A stretch of DNA of 49,971 nucleotides, counting the filler, from Bipalium vagum (taxonomy: Eukaryota), in the NCBI GenBank assembly GCA_037834085.1. It is 3 parts of 3 records of this genome, joined end to end, with 100 filler letters (N's around TTAATTAATTAA, not from the genome) between each part and the next. Parts side by side here need not be neighbours in the genome. Positions count along the whole stretch, not along the records: positions 17,499 to 33,040 come from JBBMKC010160618.1; positions 33,141 to 49,971 come from JBBMKC010091404.1; 1 more part is not named here. One strand, 5' to 3'. A program made the translations under genes and the position numbers. Below, one piece after another: positions 27,262-39,779 of this stretch (its first letter is position 1; the number at the start of each line of letters is the position of its first letter). Below the pieces are notes generated by a model. It was given only the letters and a program-made list of their open reading frames with translations, searched no databases and had not been told where the DNA came from.

Positions 27262-28733
27262 AACTATATTTGTAGGTTTCGTTTAAATAATAATATCAGT
27301 TCATTCATTTGAATTAATAATTATACTAAAATGAATACGAAAAAATAGAAATTCAAGATTTGATCCCTAAATTAATGGAATATGGTATTTACCAATGAGC
27401 CACCATAAGGATTATTTGTGGTATTGAAGCAGGTATCGTTGCCTATAACACAGTCTTAGATTGGTTCAAAAAGTTCAAGCGGACATACTGGTCTCGAAGA
27501 TAAGCTCCACCAAGGAAGACATTCTGTGATAAATGAAAGAGTTCTACTCGAAGCATTAATTAATCACCCACATGCCTGCACACACGATGATTGAACCATC
27601 AAGACACCACTAATCTACATCTCAGATAACTTGGATTCAGCTAAAAGGGACCTAGATTACATCCGTATAATTATAAGAACGTCAGACTCAAAGGCGCCTG
27701 AAAATCTATTTAAAAAATCTTGCAAAATCCTACAGATCACCGCTTTGGTATTGTATTGTTACTAAATATATATATATATATATTGGACCTATTTTATTAC
27801 TAAAGGGAAAATTAAATATCGGATATTGCATGACAAATCTACAGCGAGCGCAGAAAAATCGATTAGGAAAAATTATTATCAGTGTTCGGTTGAATTATGA
27901 AGTTGTAATGCTGAGCTTTACTGTGAACAGCTTGACAGAATCAATGAAATTTTGAAATGAAAATATCAGTGTTAGATAAATACATAACAACCGCTTTAAC
28001 AACATTACAATGCGCCAGCTTACCGGTCACGTTTCGCACAAGATAAATTAACTATACTTGATGGAACTGAACTCTTACCTCATTCTCATTATAGTTCAAA
28101 CATGTTGCTCTAGGATTTTAAAATTTTTAGGTTGATGAAACAATTTTAGAAGACAGTGGTTTGATAATTTTGTAAAAATAAATAAATAAATAATTTTGCT
28201 TCAAACTCAAAAGGATGGTACAGTGAAAAAATAAAATAACTTACCGAAATAAAACAAAATGTTGTACAAAATAACGGTTCTTATTTTTTTAAATAATAAA
28301 TTATGTTTTGTTGTCTTCAGATAATTGCATTATGGCTTGTGTTAATTTTAAATTCACGGGAATTTTAGATTAATTAAACAAATATAAAAATACAGCATGT
28401 AATATAATTTATTTCTGCAGCATTATTAAAAAAAAACCTTTGCAAAAATTAAATATTGAAATCGGACAATTCATATGAGATCATCTGTAACAGTAATGCT
28501 ATGTTCAGATTGATATTAATATAATTTAACATATTTATTCTCTAGATTAAATATTACATTGCCATAATTAATTTTAAAATACATAAAAAAATATAAGCTT
28601 TAATAAGAATTATATATTAATTTATTATTATTAATTTTAATTTTCAATCTTAACTTATGCAACTATTAATGATTTTTCCTAAAAAATATTGAATTTGCAT
28701 TTATCAAACTTATTTCGCAATATTCCTCTCTAG

Positions 28734-28905
28734 GGAGGTCCATCATTTTTGCACACTTCTTGGATATGGTGCAGATGCAATCTGTCCCTATTTGGTATTC
28801 CAGATCACCAGAGAATTACGAAATGAAAAAGTTTTGGATGATCACTTTACAGATGAAGAAATATTCGAAAATTTTGTTGCTGCAGTAGAAACGGGCATAT
28901 ATAAG
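28734..28905 (+). CDS. Glutamate synthase exon D
   Basis: (R)EVHHFCTLLGYGADAICPYL...AVETGIYK. Phase-2 acceptor matches exon C. Donor at 28906, just before the expected VMxKMG. Confidence 0.97.
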
Positions 28906-30012
28906 GTTTTAATTTAAATTCTATTTTCTGTAATCCTAATTTTTTAACTGTTATTAAAAATAGATTTTATACAACTGCCGCAATCACCTATATAATTTCA
29001 CATGAGCCATTTTATAAATGTATCTTATTAACATCTAAATTTTCAAGTTTATTTTAATAATTTTATTTCTATGGTACAGTATAAATTTAGAAAAAAAAAG
29101 ATGTTTTTCCATTTTTTTATGAAAAATAATTTTAGAAATAAAATATTTTCAAGAAGGAAATAAAGTTGTGCCAATTTCTAGACATTTAATTTAATTTTTT
29201 GATTTTAGCTCATTAAAACAAAATATATCAAATGACTAAATTCTAAGCTTTTTATATTAGAGACTTTCCATAAAACATTTAAATTTCATAATAAAATAAT
29301 AATTTTATAAAACAAGCCAGTTCTTTTTACTTAGATTTTAAAATTCATTGATGTGTTCAGCTGTTCAGATTTTTTTATTTTACAATATTTTCTCTTAACT
29401 GCTGTTGGTGCTTTAATATATAATCTTATTAAAATTAAAGTATTTTTTCAGTTGACATTTTAAAACGAATTTCTCTTTTAAATGTCCACATCTATCCTGT
29501 ATTAGTCTGTAACCTTAAAAGTGTAGACAGGCAAATTATCAATGAAAAGTAAATATCATTTCAGAAATTATTAATATTTACAGTCAAAGGACACAAGGTT
29601 GTACAGATTTTATTAAAACATGAATAATCAATTATATTTCTAAAAGATAAAATTAGAGAATGTCGCCATCTATGTGTAAAGTAAACATTAGGGAAAAATT
29701 TACAAAAACATAAAATATCTGAAAAAATTTTCCAAAGAAATATTATAAATGATAACAGATTTTTTATATTTAATATTTATTCTCCCTCGACGTTTTTCTG
29801 TTTTCTTTTTACTGAAAATAATCATTAGCACATTTAATGAAAGATAATCTCATTGAGAGATATGCTCTTATACAGTTGAATGAAATATTTTAATTATCTC
29901 ACCGATTTATAAATTATATTTTGCATAATAATTAAATAATTGATTAATAAAGACATTTAGGATCGCATTAATGTTCAAATAATAAAAAATCTTACTAAAT
30001 GATAAAAATTTA

Positions 30013-31082
30013 TATTGGGTGACCAAAAAGTTGCCGCTGTTTTCGCCATGGACTGTTTTGTGTTGAATTGCAACCTATCTGTAAGTTATAAATTCAATAA
30101 TATTAATTCTAATATAAAATCAATAACCTGATTTTAATTATTCGAAAAACGATCCTTTATATCATTTGTTTTAATAAACTAATTAATGTCGGAAAAAATT
30201 CAAAACAAGGAAGAAATTCGGTATATTTTAAAATTTTATTTCCTGGAAGGAAAAAATGCCACCCAAGCCACCAAAAAGATATGTAATGTGTAGCCCATGA
30301 AAGGTTTGGTCGATTTCGCGGTGGCAGCTTCGATGTCACAGATGCACCTCTTTCTGGAACATCAATAGCAGAAAATAATCGAAAAAGATCTTCATATAAG
30401 CAGTTAATACATTGCAGAATCTCATGACATTTGTCAATAAACTGTATTAAAACATTTTGAAAAACTCCGATACAAAAAGATGCTCGATATTCGGGTGCTT
30501 AAAACTTGAGTAGCCGAGTTTCCGTCTGTCAAAAATTATGGAAACGTCATTAAATTGAACCATTTGTTATATGGTTGATAACCAGTGATAAAAAATAAAT
30601 AAGATGTGACAATAATGTGAGGAAAATATCCTAGTCAAAAATCTGTGAAACTCCACAAAGGACTACAAAGCCAGGGTTAACTCCAAGAAAAGGCGCTGTG
30701 TTCCATCAGGCCAACGCAAAAGCACATACATCTCTCATGAGTCAGTAAAAATTGGGAGAACTTGGTTGAGAAGTTATGTTACACGCACCCAATCGTCCCA
30801 ACCTGACCTCATCGGAAAACCATTTGTTTCGCTCTCTACAGAACTTTCTTAATTGCGTTACGCTGGCTTCAAAAGAAGACTGCGAAAAGTACATTGTGCA
30901 GTTTTTCGATGAGAAATTTTCGAAATTTTAAAGTGATGGAATTATGGTTTTTCTTAGATAAATGGAGAAATGTTATAGAGCAAAAAGGAACATATTTGAT
31001 TTAACAAAGTTTATTTGTTTTGTGAAAAAATTTGTTTTTTATTTTATAAAAACGGCGAAAACTTTTTAGGTCACTCATTATA
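30013..31082 (+). mobile_element. Mariner, mellifera-subfamily-like, internally deleted, both TIRs
   Basis: TIRs TTGGGTGACCAAAAAGTT / AACTTTTTAGGTCACTCAT. Remnants MSEKIQNKEEIRYILKFYFLEGKNATQA, KPGLTPRK and HAPNRPNLTSSENHLFRSLQN. Confidence 0.92.
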
Positions 31083-32359
31083 CATTATATATGAGTAAAT
31101 ATATTTAATAATTTTCTTTCTTTTATTTTAGTATCTACTTTTGTTTGCTAAATTTTCGATTTTTAAGATTTGTTGAACTGTCTGAAAAATTGATTTTAAA
31201 ACAATTAAATAATAAAAATTATTATTAATCCTAGTTTTATTATTTATAAAAGAAAATATATGAAAAATATGTTATAAATTAATAAGTAACAGAATTGAGA
31301 TTTTATTTTTATTAGTAGATCTAATTAATTATTTAATTTTATTTTCTAAGACAGTTCTGAGATATCTTTAAGACAGAATGTCCAGAAAATCCTAAAAGGC
31401 ATTTTTTTTCAAATTCTCATACTGCAGAAAGAATTAGAATTTCGCTGTAGATCGCAAGCTATGTCCAAATATTCATTAATTATTATGATCATCAGAAGTA
31501 ATTTACCCTCGATTTTGAGAGAGTATTTTCTATTTTCTGTTTCAATTGTTTGCTACATTACTTTAAATTTCGTTTGAGGTGTAGAATCGTAATGTCATTT
31601 CTTCTCTCTACTTCTCTACCACAGTACTCTCTATTCCACTCCTTATAAATTATTCATATTTTTGTTTAAAAAACATATATACCCTTATTAGTCGCTTATA
31701 TTAATTAATGTTATTTTTTGTTTTTATAAGTAAAAATGTTCGGAAGTTAAATCATTCTTAAAAAGTCATGAATTCTCTGTTTATGAAAGTTAATTAAGAT
31801 CTTTTTTTTAACTAAAGGTTTTATAGAGATATAATTATATGATTAAAACAACAGCGTTGAATATTGATTAAAAAATATTTTTCTTTGTAACTCAGAGTTC
31901 CGAGACGCAATTAAAATTTATTCTATATTAAAATTCACCGTTTAGCACAACCACCCGTAGAATATTTTAATACTTGATCATTTGAATCAGTGATCAGAAA
32001 TAATTACAATCTAAATTAGTGACACTAGATCAAGTAGTAAAAAGTCTAAAAATCAACGAGAAAATTAATTCTGTAGTGTCACTCTTTGTGTTAGGTTCTT
32101 GGAAAGAAATAAAATTTCAGCCCAGATTTTCTCTAGCCTCAATGAAATGTAGTCACAAAATTATGGTATAAATTTTACATGAAGAGTGGAAATTACCGCA
32201 ATCCTGGAACAATTTTCCACTTCATTATGCAAAACATAATTGAACAACAAATGGGCATCATTAAAAGATTATCATTTTCAAAAAAAATTCATAAAAACAA
32301 GTTTTAACTAAAATAAAACATCAAATATATATATTTGCTTTTTTTTATTAATGAATTTG

Positions 32360-32562
32360 TGAAGTCAGTTTTCCTACGATGTTTCTGAATAGCTTCAAAA
32401 CAGGAGAAGTTCTTTGGTAGCGGTATCCATAAATTAACTGAAAGATGGGAGAATGTGTGCATACCAATATTCATTTCTTGGATAAGATTATTTTTTTATG
32501 AATTGTTTAAAGTTATCGGGTTTTTTTCATTAAAATATCTACATCATTTATCCTGAACCCCT
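32360..32562 (+). mobile_element. Mariner 3'-end fragment
   Basis: EKFFGSGIHKLTERWENV is a typical mariner C-terminus. Confidence 0.6.
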
Positions 32563-33040
32563 AAGGGTATATATATACATTCTGATACATTAAATTGTCC
32601 AGTACAAAAAATTCAATACTTTTTCAATTAAATAAACTTGTTTATATATATATCAGATTTTTTATAGTTGTCAATTCTAATTTAAAATTTTGTAATTCAT
32701 TTTGTTAAACCATGTAAGTGTTTTTGCTTTACAATTCAGCAAGAATATTAGTTTAGTTTAATTTCCAGTATATTCGTCAAATTATGAGTGGTTTCGATTT
32801 AACGCCTTTTGACAAATGGCAGATTTATCCATTACGTAAACGTGCGGAATGGACATAGTTGGTCATTACTACAGTAAACTCATTTTCATTGGAATATTTA
32901 TTTCCTTCTCTTTCTTTGCAGCTAAAAGTATGATCCAAAACTTTGCTTGTTCTACTTTTTCGGGAATGCTCACTAATTTGTGTCTTTAGGTGACGTTGTG
33001 TCTCCCCTATGTATAGATGACCACATCCATGACATTGGAA

Positions 33041-33140
33041 NNNNNNNNNNNNNNNNNNNNNNNNNNNNNNNNNNNNNNNNNNNNTTAATTAATTAANNNN
33101 NNNNNNNNNNNNNNNNNNNNNNNNNNNNNNNNNNNNNNNN
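33041..33140. other. Artificial contig spacer N44-TTAATTAATTAA-N44
   Basis: Same structure as the 17399 spacer. Confidence 0.97.
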
Positions 33141-33639
33141 TAATTATTTTGCTAAGTTTCTATTTTTAGAAACTTAGTAATTTCTATTTTTAATTTTTTG
33201 ATGTTTTCTTTATTTAACTATTTATCTTAATAATACTAATAATAATAATAACGATAATAATATTAGGAAAAATGACTTTTTGTTAGGCCTCGATTTATTT
33301 ATTTTTAGAATTTCTCTTTTTTTACAATAATAAAAGTTTTTGAATATTTATTAAAATCAATAAAATTCACACATTCACATTCATAACAAAAATATCAATA
33401 ATCAATGAAAGGTCAATAATCAATGTCTTAATTCACTAATATCCTAATTTCTCTTGAGTCTCCACAGAGAAATAAAGTTATAAATGGTAATATAAAATTA
33501 TAATTAGTAATTTGAAATTACTAATTATAAAATGAAACAAAAATTTTTGCTATAAATTAGCATAAATGTAATTACACAACACAAAAAAAAGGATTAGAGA
33601 AATCAGAGCTAATTTAAACTGGTCTACGATTGATAAATA

Positions 33640-33960
33640 GTCTGAACAGATTAATATTTTAAGGAGTTGGAATCTGCAGTGAATTGCCAGAAAGAGAGAT
33701 TAAGGATCAAATGCTATTTAGTATTTTCATCAGAAGAATCAGAAAGGATTATTTTTGTCGGAAGATTAAAAAATTGTTATTTTTGTTAGATATTCAAAGA
33801 TTTTCAAGTTGGTACCATTTATGCCCTTAATTATGCATCAGGAACTTACGGTGGGTTCTGTGATATTAGGGGGTTTCTGAGTGAACCGGATCGGACTCAG
33901 TAAACACTTCTTTATACCCGTTGTCGACAGGATCCGTGAAAGTATTCTTCTGAGTAGTTT
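33640..33960 (+). mobile_element. Possible LINE (L1/Tx1-type) APE endonuclease remnant
   Basis: Ordered motif remnants GVGI, VGTIYALN (IYAPN) and VILGG, interrupted by stops. Confidence 0.35.
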
Positions 33961-34137
33961 TTCTTTTTAATTTTCTATTTAAAATTAACCTATAATTTTA
34001 TAAACATTGTGATTAAATTGATATTATTTGATCATTGATTGATTTTAATTATTCTTTATTTTGTAGCATTTGCTGAGACATTTGACTTTAATGATTGTGT
34101 GATTGCGGCTGCTGTAAGATAAATTGAAAATTAGTAG

Positions 34138-34210
34138 GGGGATGTAGCCCAGCGGTCAGAGCAGTCCATGCGCATGTGATGGTCCCAGTATTTGAATCCA
34201 GGTATCTCCG
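34138..34210 (+). pseudogene. tRNA-Ala(CGC)-like pseudogene / tRNA-derived repeat, copy 1
   Basis: GGGGATGTAGCCCAGCGG start, acceptor stem GGGGATG/TATCTCC, CGCATGTG anticodon region. T-loop is TTTGAAT and the anticodon arm is non-canonical. Confidence 0.75.
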
Positions 34211-34289
34211 AATAATTTTAAGCTAACAGTTGCAATTATGATAATTAAAATAGTGTTATTTGTAGTTGTTTTGATTCATTTATTTGAGA

Positions 34290-34465
34290 ACACGTTTTGT
34301 CAAAAGTGAAGGAGGTAGTTCGAGATTTGATCAAAGAAAGACCATGGATATATTTAGATAAAATGTTAGAAATACTGAAAATTTTGAGAGAAAGAACTCA
34401 CAATATTCCCCATAATCATCTTGTCGCTAGACATCTTTTGGCTCAATTGGTGACTTGTAAAAAAT
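34290..34465 (+). mobile_element. Mariner internal fragment
   Basis: VRDLIKERP...ERTHNIPHNHLVARHL resembles the second HTH and pre-WVP region. Confidence 0.45.
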
Positions 34466-35146
34466 AAATTATCACTTATTAAATAACATTATTATTATTA
34501 TAATAATTATAATTAGTCAAACCTTACTGCTGTTTTTAAACTTGAGTATATCAAGGATGTGGTTTTTGTGAACCCAACAATTTATTTGAAGGGTTGGAAG
34601 TCTAGACAACTATATCATTTTTACCATAAAATAAGAGTTTAGTTTTTAACATTAAATGAAAATTATATAATAAATTATTATTATATCATGATAAAATAAC
34701 TTCTTGAATAATATAATTATAATTCGATATAATTAAATTAATAACCAAAATTAGAAAAATAACCTTATCACTTCAAATGGTTATTAACATTTATAGTTAA
34801 TGTTAATAGATATAGCTATATGTAGTCTTACATATAGTCTTAACATTTTGAACTAAAGTTTAAGATATAATAAGTTACAATTGTTAAAACATATCACAAA
34901 TAGAACGCAAAAATTTTTAAACAGGTAAAATCTTTAAAAATATCTTTTTTATTTTTTAAATAAAAATTTTGCATTTTAATATCTTTTTCATAATTTCTTA
35001 TAGAAGTATGATATTCTTTAAAATTACATTAATTAAAATTTTTATTTTTATCAAAATTAAAATATCTCTCTTAACAATATTTTGAAATAACGTTGTTTAA
35101 ATAATAGTAATTTCACATTTAAAATAATGAAATAATCCTTGTAAAA

Positions 35147-36151
35147 ATGACTCCACCTGATTCTATAGCAAATTATAAAATAGTTAGAAAAATCGGCTCC
35201 GGCTCTTTTGGAGAAGTTTATTTAGGCGAAGATAAATTAAATCGATCTGTAAAATTATTTTATGTTTCTTTTTAATTTGACCCATTTATAGAGAGTAGCG
35301 GTGAAAGTAGAACTTAAGAAAACCACACAACCATTTCTTAATTTTGAATCTAAAGTATTACAATGTCTTAGTAATTTTCCTGGTGTACCAAAACATCGGT
35401 GGTATGGCACATGTGGAAATTATAACGTTTTGATCATGGATCTTTTGGGTCCAAGCATTGAGCAATTGTTTGAGTTTTGTAGTCGTAAATTCTCCCTAAA
35501 AACTATCCTCCTGATAGCAGATCAATTGATTACTATCATTGAGAATGTGCATGACAACAATTTTATTCACCGAGACATGAAACCTGAAAACATTCTGTTC
35601 GGACTCGAAAAAAATAGAAACAATCTACATCTGATCGATTTCGGACTATCGAAAAGGTATCGAGTTTCTAAGACGGGCAGTCATATTCCATATCGGTGAG
35701 TGTTTGGATTATAATTATCTATTAATGAAATATAATTGATTTGTCCTTCTACCACAGAACTGGAATAAATATGCTCGGTACAGCCCGTTATTGCAGCATT
35801 AACACGCATTTGACCGCAGAACAGTCACGCAGGGATGACATGGAAGCTATTGGCTATATTCTCATGTACCTGCAGCGAGGTATGTTGCCATGGCAAAACA
35901 TCAAGCTGGCCAAGGCGGCACGTGACAAAATGATCGGGGACAGAAAGCAAAAGACAACCGAGGAAGAATTGTGCTTTGGGTATCCCAACGAGTTCGCTGT
36001 CTACCTCAAGGCTGTAAAAGCGCTCTCTTTCGAAGAGAGGCCTGACTATGAGGGTTATCGATCTTTATTCAGATCGCTCTTCGAAAGACGTCAATTTCAA
36101 GATGACAGTCGGTACGATTGGAACATTGTAAAGGAGCGTCTACGCAGCTGA
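35147..36151 (+). CDS. Casein kinase 1 family kinase, 299 aa, 3 exons (35147-35248, 35292-35695, 35758-36151)
   Basis: GSGSFG, VAVK, HRDMKPEN, LIDFGLSK, GTARYCSIN, EQSRRDDME. Introns of 43 and 62 bp are GT-AG and give a 900-nt ORF. AATAAA lies downstream. Confidence 0.96.
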
Positions 36152-36308
36152 GAATGACAACAAGGAAGATAATAGTGATGGACTTTTTTATCTTTATATT
36201 GAGATTTATTTTGTTATTTTGAAAATAAATGTTTTCCGATTTGTTTCGTTTTTATGGAATACAGTTGTCATTGACAACAAGAAAGTTTATTAACTTTTCG
36301 ATTAATGT

Positions 36309-36436
36309 GTTACCATTGGTGAATGATATATTTTTATAAAAAAATTATTTTGAACATTCTATATTAAAATCGTTACCATTGGTGAATGATATATTCTTAT
36401 AAAAAAATTATTTTGAACATATTCTATATTAAAATC
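36309..36436. repeat. Tandem duplication, 63+65 bp
   Basis: GTTACCATTGGTGAATGATATA...TATTAAAATC occurs twice. Confidence 0.95.
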
Positions 36437-37131
36437 AATATTATTGGTTAGAAAAAATAAAATCAAATTTCAGTTTCTAGTGATTTTTCATTTTGTATCT
36501 TAGGTAATTTAAAGTTCTCTTCTATTGAGTGTTATTATTATAATGAGTTAATAATGGTTTGGAATTATGGATAAAAAGAAATGAATAAATAACAGTTTTT
36601 TCTTTTCACCAGATGGAATTAATTCATTTGTACCTTTCTTATTTCAGCTATTCAAGATTCATTAAGTTGAGTATACAATATCTTAAATATCAATGAATAG
36701 GTTGGTCGCTTAATAAAATTGAAAATTATAAACCATTTTAGCTTACATTTAGTATAACTTGTAGAATTAATTTATTACTGTTTTAAAGTTTTAGTTTAAA
36801 ATGAAAACTAAGCAATGTCTGATAAAAAAAACATTGCATAAAGAAATAATCGAATAAATCAAAATGTGGATTAATTAAATTGTAAAATTCATAAAATTTT
36901 GAATTTTACTTTCTGCTTTTAGATATTTTAGAAAACTAAATAAAAGTCTAACATTTTAAGAAATTAAAGATATATAATTTTCTACATGTAATAATGAAAT
37001 TTATTAATAGTTTTCTTTCTAACTTTTAAAAGATAAATACTTGCCGCCTAGAAATTTTTGAAAAACATTAATTTTTTAAAAAGTGAATACAAGTTTATTT
37101 TTGTTATACTTAACTAATTATATTATTGATT

Positions 37132-37454
37132 ATGAGTCCAATAATCAAATTAATATCCATAATCGGTATATTTGTGACAGTAGCCACACAAGCAAATGGT
37201 GGACTAATAGGTGCTTTAGCATATGGATTTTGCCAAAGTGGCTGCAATGTGGCTTTCGTAGCCTGCTTAGCTCCTACTGGTTTCGTTGCTGGTTATAAAA
37301 AAATTTTCATTAAAAAACTACATTGATCTTCATTATTTTTTAAGGAACCTTTACGCTTGGAGCTGGAATACCTGCTGCAGTTGTAGCATGCTGTGCAACA
37401 CAAGGTGCATGTATGGCTGCTTGTGCTGCATTAGCATTGAATCCCGTAGTTTAA
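37132..37454 (+). CDS. Small secreted Cys/Gly/Ala-rich protein, 89 aa, 2 exons (37132-37291, 37345-37454)
   Basis: A 53-bp GT-AG intron yields MSPIIKLISIIGIFVTVATQANGGLIGALAYGFCQSGCNVAFVACLAPTGFVAGTFTLGAGIPAAVVACCATQGACMAACAALALNPVV*. Signal-peptide-like N-terminus and downstream AATAAA. Confidence 0.88.
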
Positions 37455-38352
37455 AATTTTCGACTTTTACGTTTCTGCCAAAAAATAGTTTTTAATTTTT
37501 TCGTTAGGACTAAGATTCATATTTAAAATATTGTTAAAAATTATTTTGAACTTTGTCATTTCATTAAAATTTATATTTACACTTTTTGTTATATTTCAAT
37601 AAATGGAAATGTTTTTTTAATTTTATTTTTCAAGTACACGCTTTTTATTAATTGACAACAAAATTTGTATGAACAATTATTGTTATGATACATACAGTGC
37701 TCCAATTTATTTTTGCCGCACCTTGTAAGTATAAATAAACCTTAACGAATTTAAATTGAAATAAATTTTTGTGATTATTGTATTATTCATGAAATATTTG
37801 TAAGATTTTAAAATAACTTTCGCCTAGGTAAATTTTTTCCCATAAAAAATGGAATGGGTATGTGAATGGATCAATGAAATTTCATTAGGAAATTTTTCGC
37901 ACTGTTTCCTTATTGGGTTCAGATATTTTTGTGATATCGTTGCTGTGATAATGTCATTTTTCTATATTCCTTTAATTCTCATTCAAATATATAAAATATT
38001 GGCATTTTTGAAGATTAAATATCAACAAATCGGTTATTTATGCACAGAAAATTAATTTTCACAAAATCCTTTAATTCTAAACTTAATTCTTCATCATTAT
38101 TATTATGTTTTTCAAAAATATTGTTTTAAATTTCGCTAATTTTTCTCTCAGAGTAAATGTGACATTTATGAGATGAATGTCCACAATACTGATATAAATA
38201 AATAAAATTTAGGAAGAAAAGATTAAACTCTATTGGCTGTTTCGTTAGCCTCCTTTCAAAGTTATTAATTTTTAAGAAAGATAAGGAAAATATGAAAAAT
38301 TATATAATGAAATGTTATTGCTCCTTTTCATTATCAAAACTTTTTTGAGACT

Positions 38353-38997
38353 ATGACAAAATCGAAAATTTCTGATATTCGATATTATTCCTATGAAACA
38401 CCAAATGTTGAGTACAGTTCCAATGATAATCTTCTTGGAACTTGCTGTTCAGAAATTGTGATCTTTTTCGTCTGTTTCGTACTAATCGGTCCTTTGATGA
38501 TTGTTATTGGCATTCTTTGGTTTGCTTCTAGATTGTCTTGCTTAATATATCACAAATCCAAAGATATTTGTATTAAAAACCGACAGTATTCAAATGTTAT
38601 TGGCGAGTCTCTAACTTTTGAAGAGTCAAGATGGATTAATGATATCAATGCATCAATTATTGGAGTTTTTATCATGGAAAACCCGGTACAAATATCAGAA
38701 TTAAAGAATACCATTAATGAAAGAATTTGCAATTCTGATATGAATGTAAAAAGTGCCTCTATCAGTAGGAGATTTCGTCAGATGGCTTTGAAAAAGAACT
38801 GCATTTGGAAATGGGTAGAGGATTGTAACTTCAGCTTGGACAATCATATAGCATTATTAAGACCATCAACAGTTAACATTTCCGAAGTCCTAGAAAATAT
38901 AGCAAATACCACATTTGACATGTTGCACCCTCTGTGGAATTTATTTTTGTTAGATTCTTCAATTTCCATTCAGAATTTGCACTCAAACGAGAGTCAG
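38353..38997 (+). CDS. WS/DGAT (wax ester synthase-like O-acyltransferase) family gene, exon 1
   Basis: N-terminal TM segment, then RFRQ...WKWVEDCNFSLDNHI...FDMLHPLWNLFLL. Phase-0 donor at 38998. Confidence 0.88.
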
Positions 38998-39319
38998 GTA
39001 CACATTTTCTTTTGTTTCACAGTAAAAACTTATTTTTATTTATTATCAAACAAGTATGAAAAATTAAATTTCATTTTGTCATTTAATCATTACAGGGCTA
39101 TTCATTAATATATAAAGTTATATTCATTAATATATAAAGTTATATTCTTTAATATATATAATTATAATCATTAATTTAACTAAATTATAAATTCTATATC
39201 TTTTATTTTGATAAAGTTTTTTGTTTTGTCATAACAATTGTAATAAACATCTTATCGTGGAAAATGTCTATCATTAAAAGTATGAAATTGTAAAATTTAA
39301 TTTTGTCAATATAAAACAT

Positions 39320-39775
39320 ATATTGCCAGCGAATGAAAAAGGAACTACGAGGAAAGAAAGACATCTTGAGGATTTAGAAAAAATAAAACGTCTATATGAA
39401 AAAAAAATATAGTGTTGGTGCCATTTTAATGGATGTTGGTGTTGTCAAAAGCAGCAATTTAGAAGATTACTTGCAAATTACAAATTGTAGAAGAATTCAA
39501 TGCAGGTTATATTTCCATTATTAATTCTAAGGGTCCATGTCCAAAAAAAGACATTTCAGATCTTCAGACTATTACTGAAATTGTGCAACTTAATAATTGT
39601 CTAACTCAATTAAAATGAAATAATTCATTGAGACAAAGGGTAAAACATGGTCATTATCAAATATTTTAAAGAATTTAAAGAACGATAAATAAAAATATAG
39701 CTTTACGACCACATTTCTTTGCGGAAATTAGTATTTAGGATTTGGAAAGACACTTAAACGGTATAAAATTGAGAC
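39320..39775 (+). mobile_element. Possible Tc1/IS630-like N-terminal remnant
   Basis: RGKKRHL..LEKIKRLYEKK and ITEIVQLNNCLTQ resemble HTH regions. Decayed. Confidence 0.4.
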
Positions 39776-39779
39776 TCTG

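Larger units (their letters stand above)
25985..28375 (+). mobile_element. Mariner split by a nested insertion (5' end 25985 to ~26065; body ~27262-28375)
   Basis: Left TIR TATTAGGTTATTTCAAAAGTTTTCGTG. Body MNTKK...YNTVLDWFKKFK...LLEALINHPHA. The two parts align end to end with the uninterrupted relative at 41590-42455. Confidence 0.8.

Noticed and set aside
34138-34210. Functional tRNA-Ala gene
   Set aside because: The T-loop is mutated and the anticodon and T stems do not form canonical arms.
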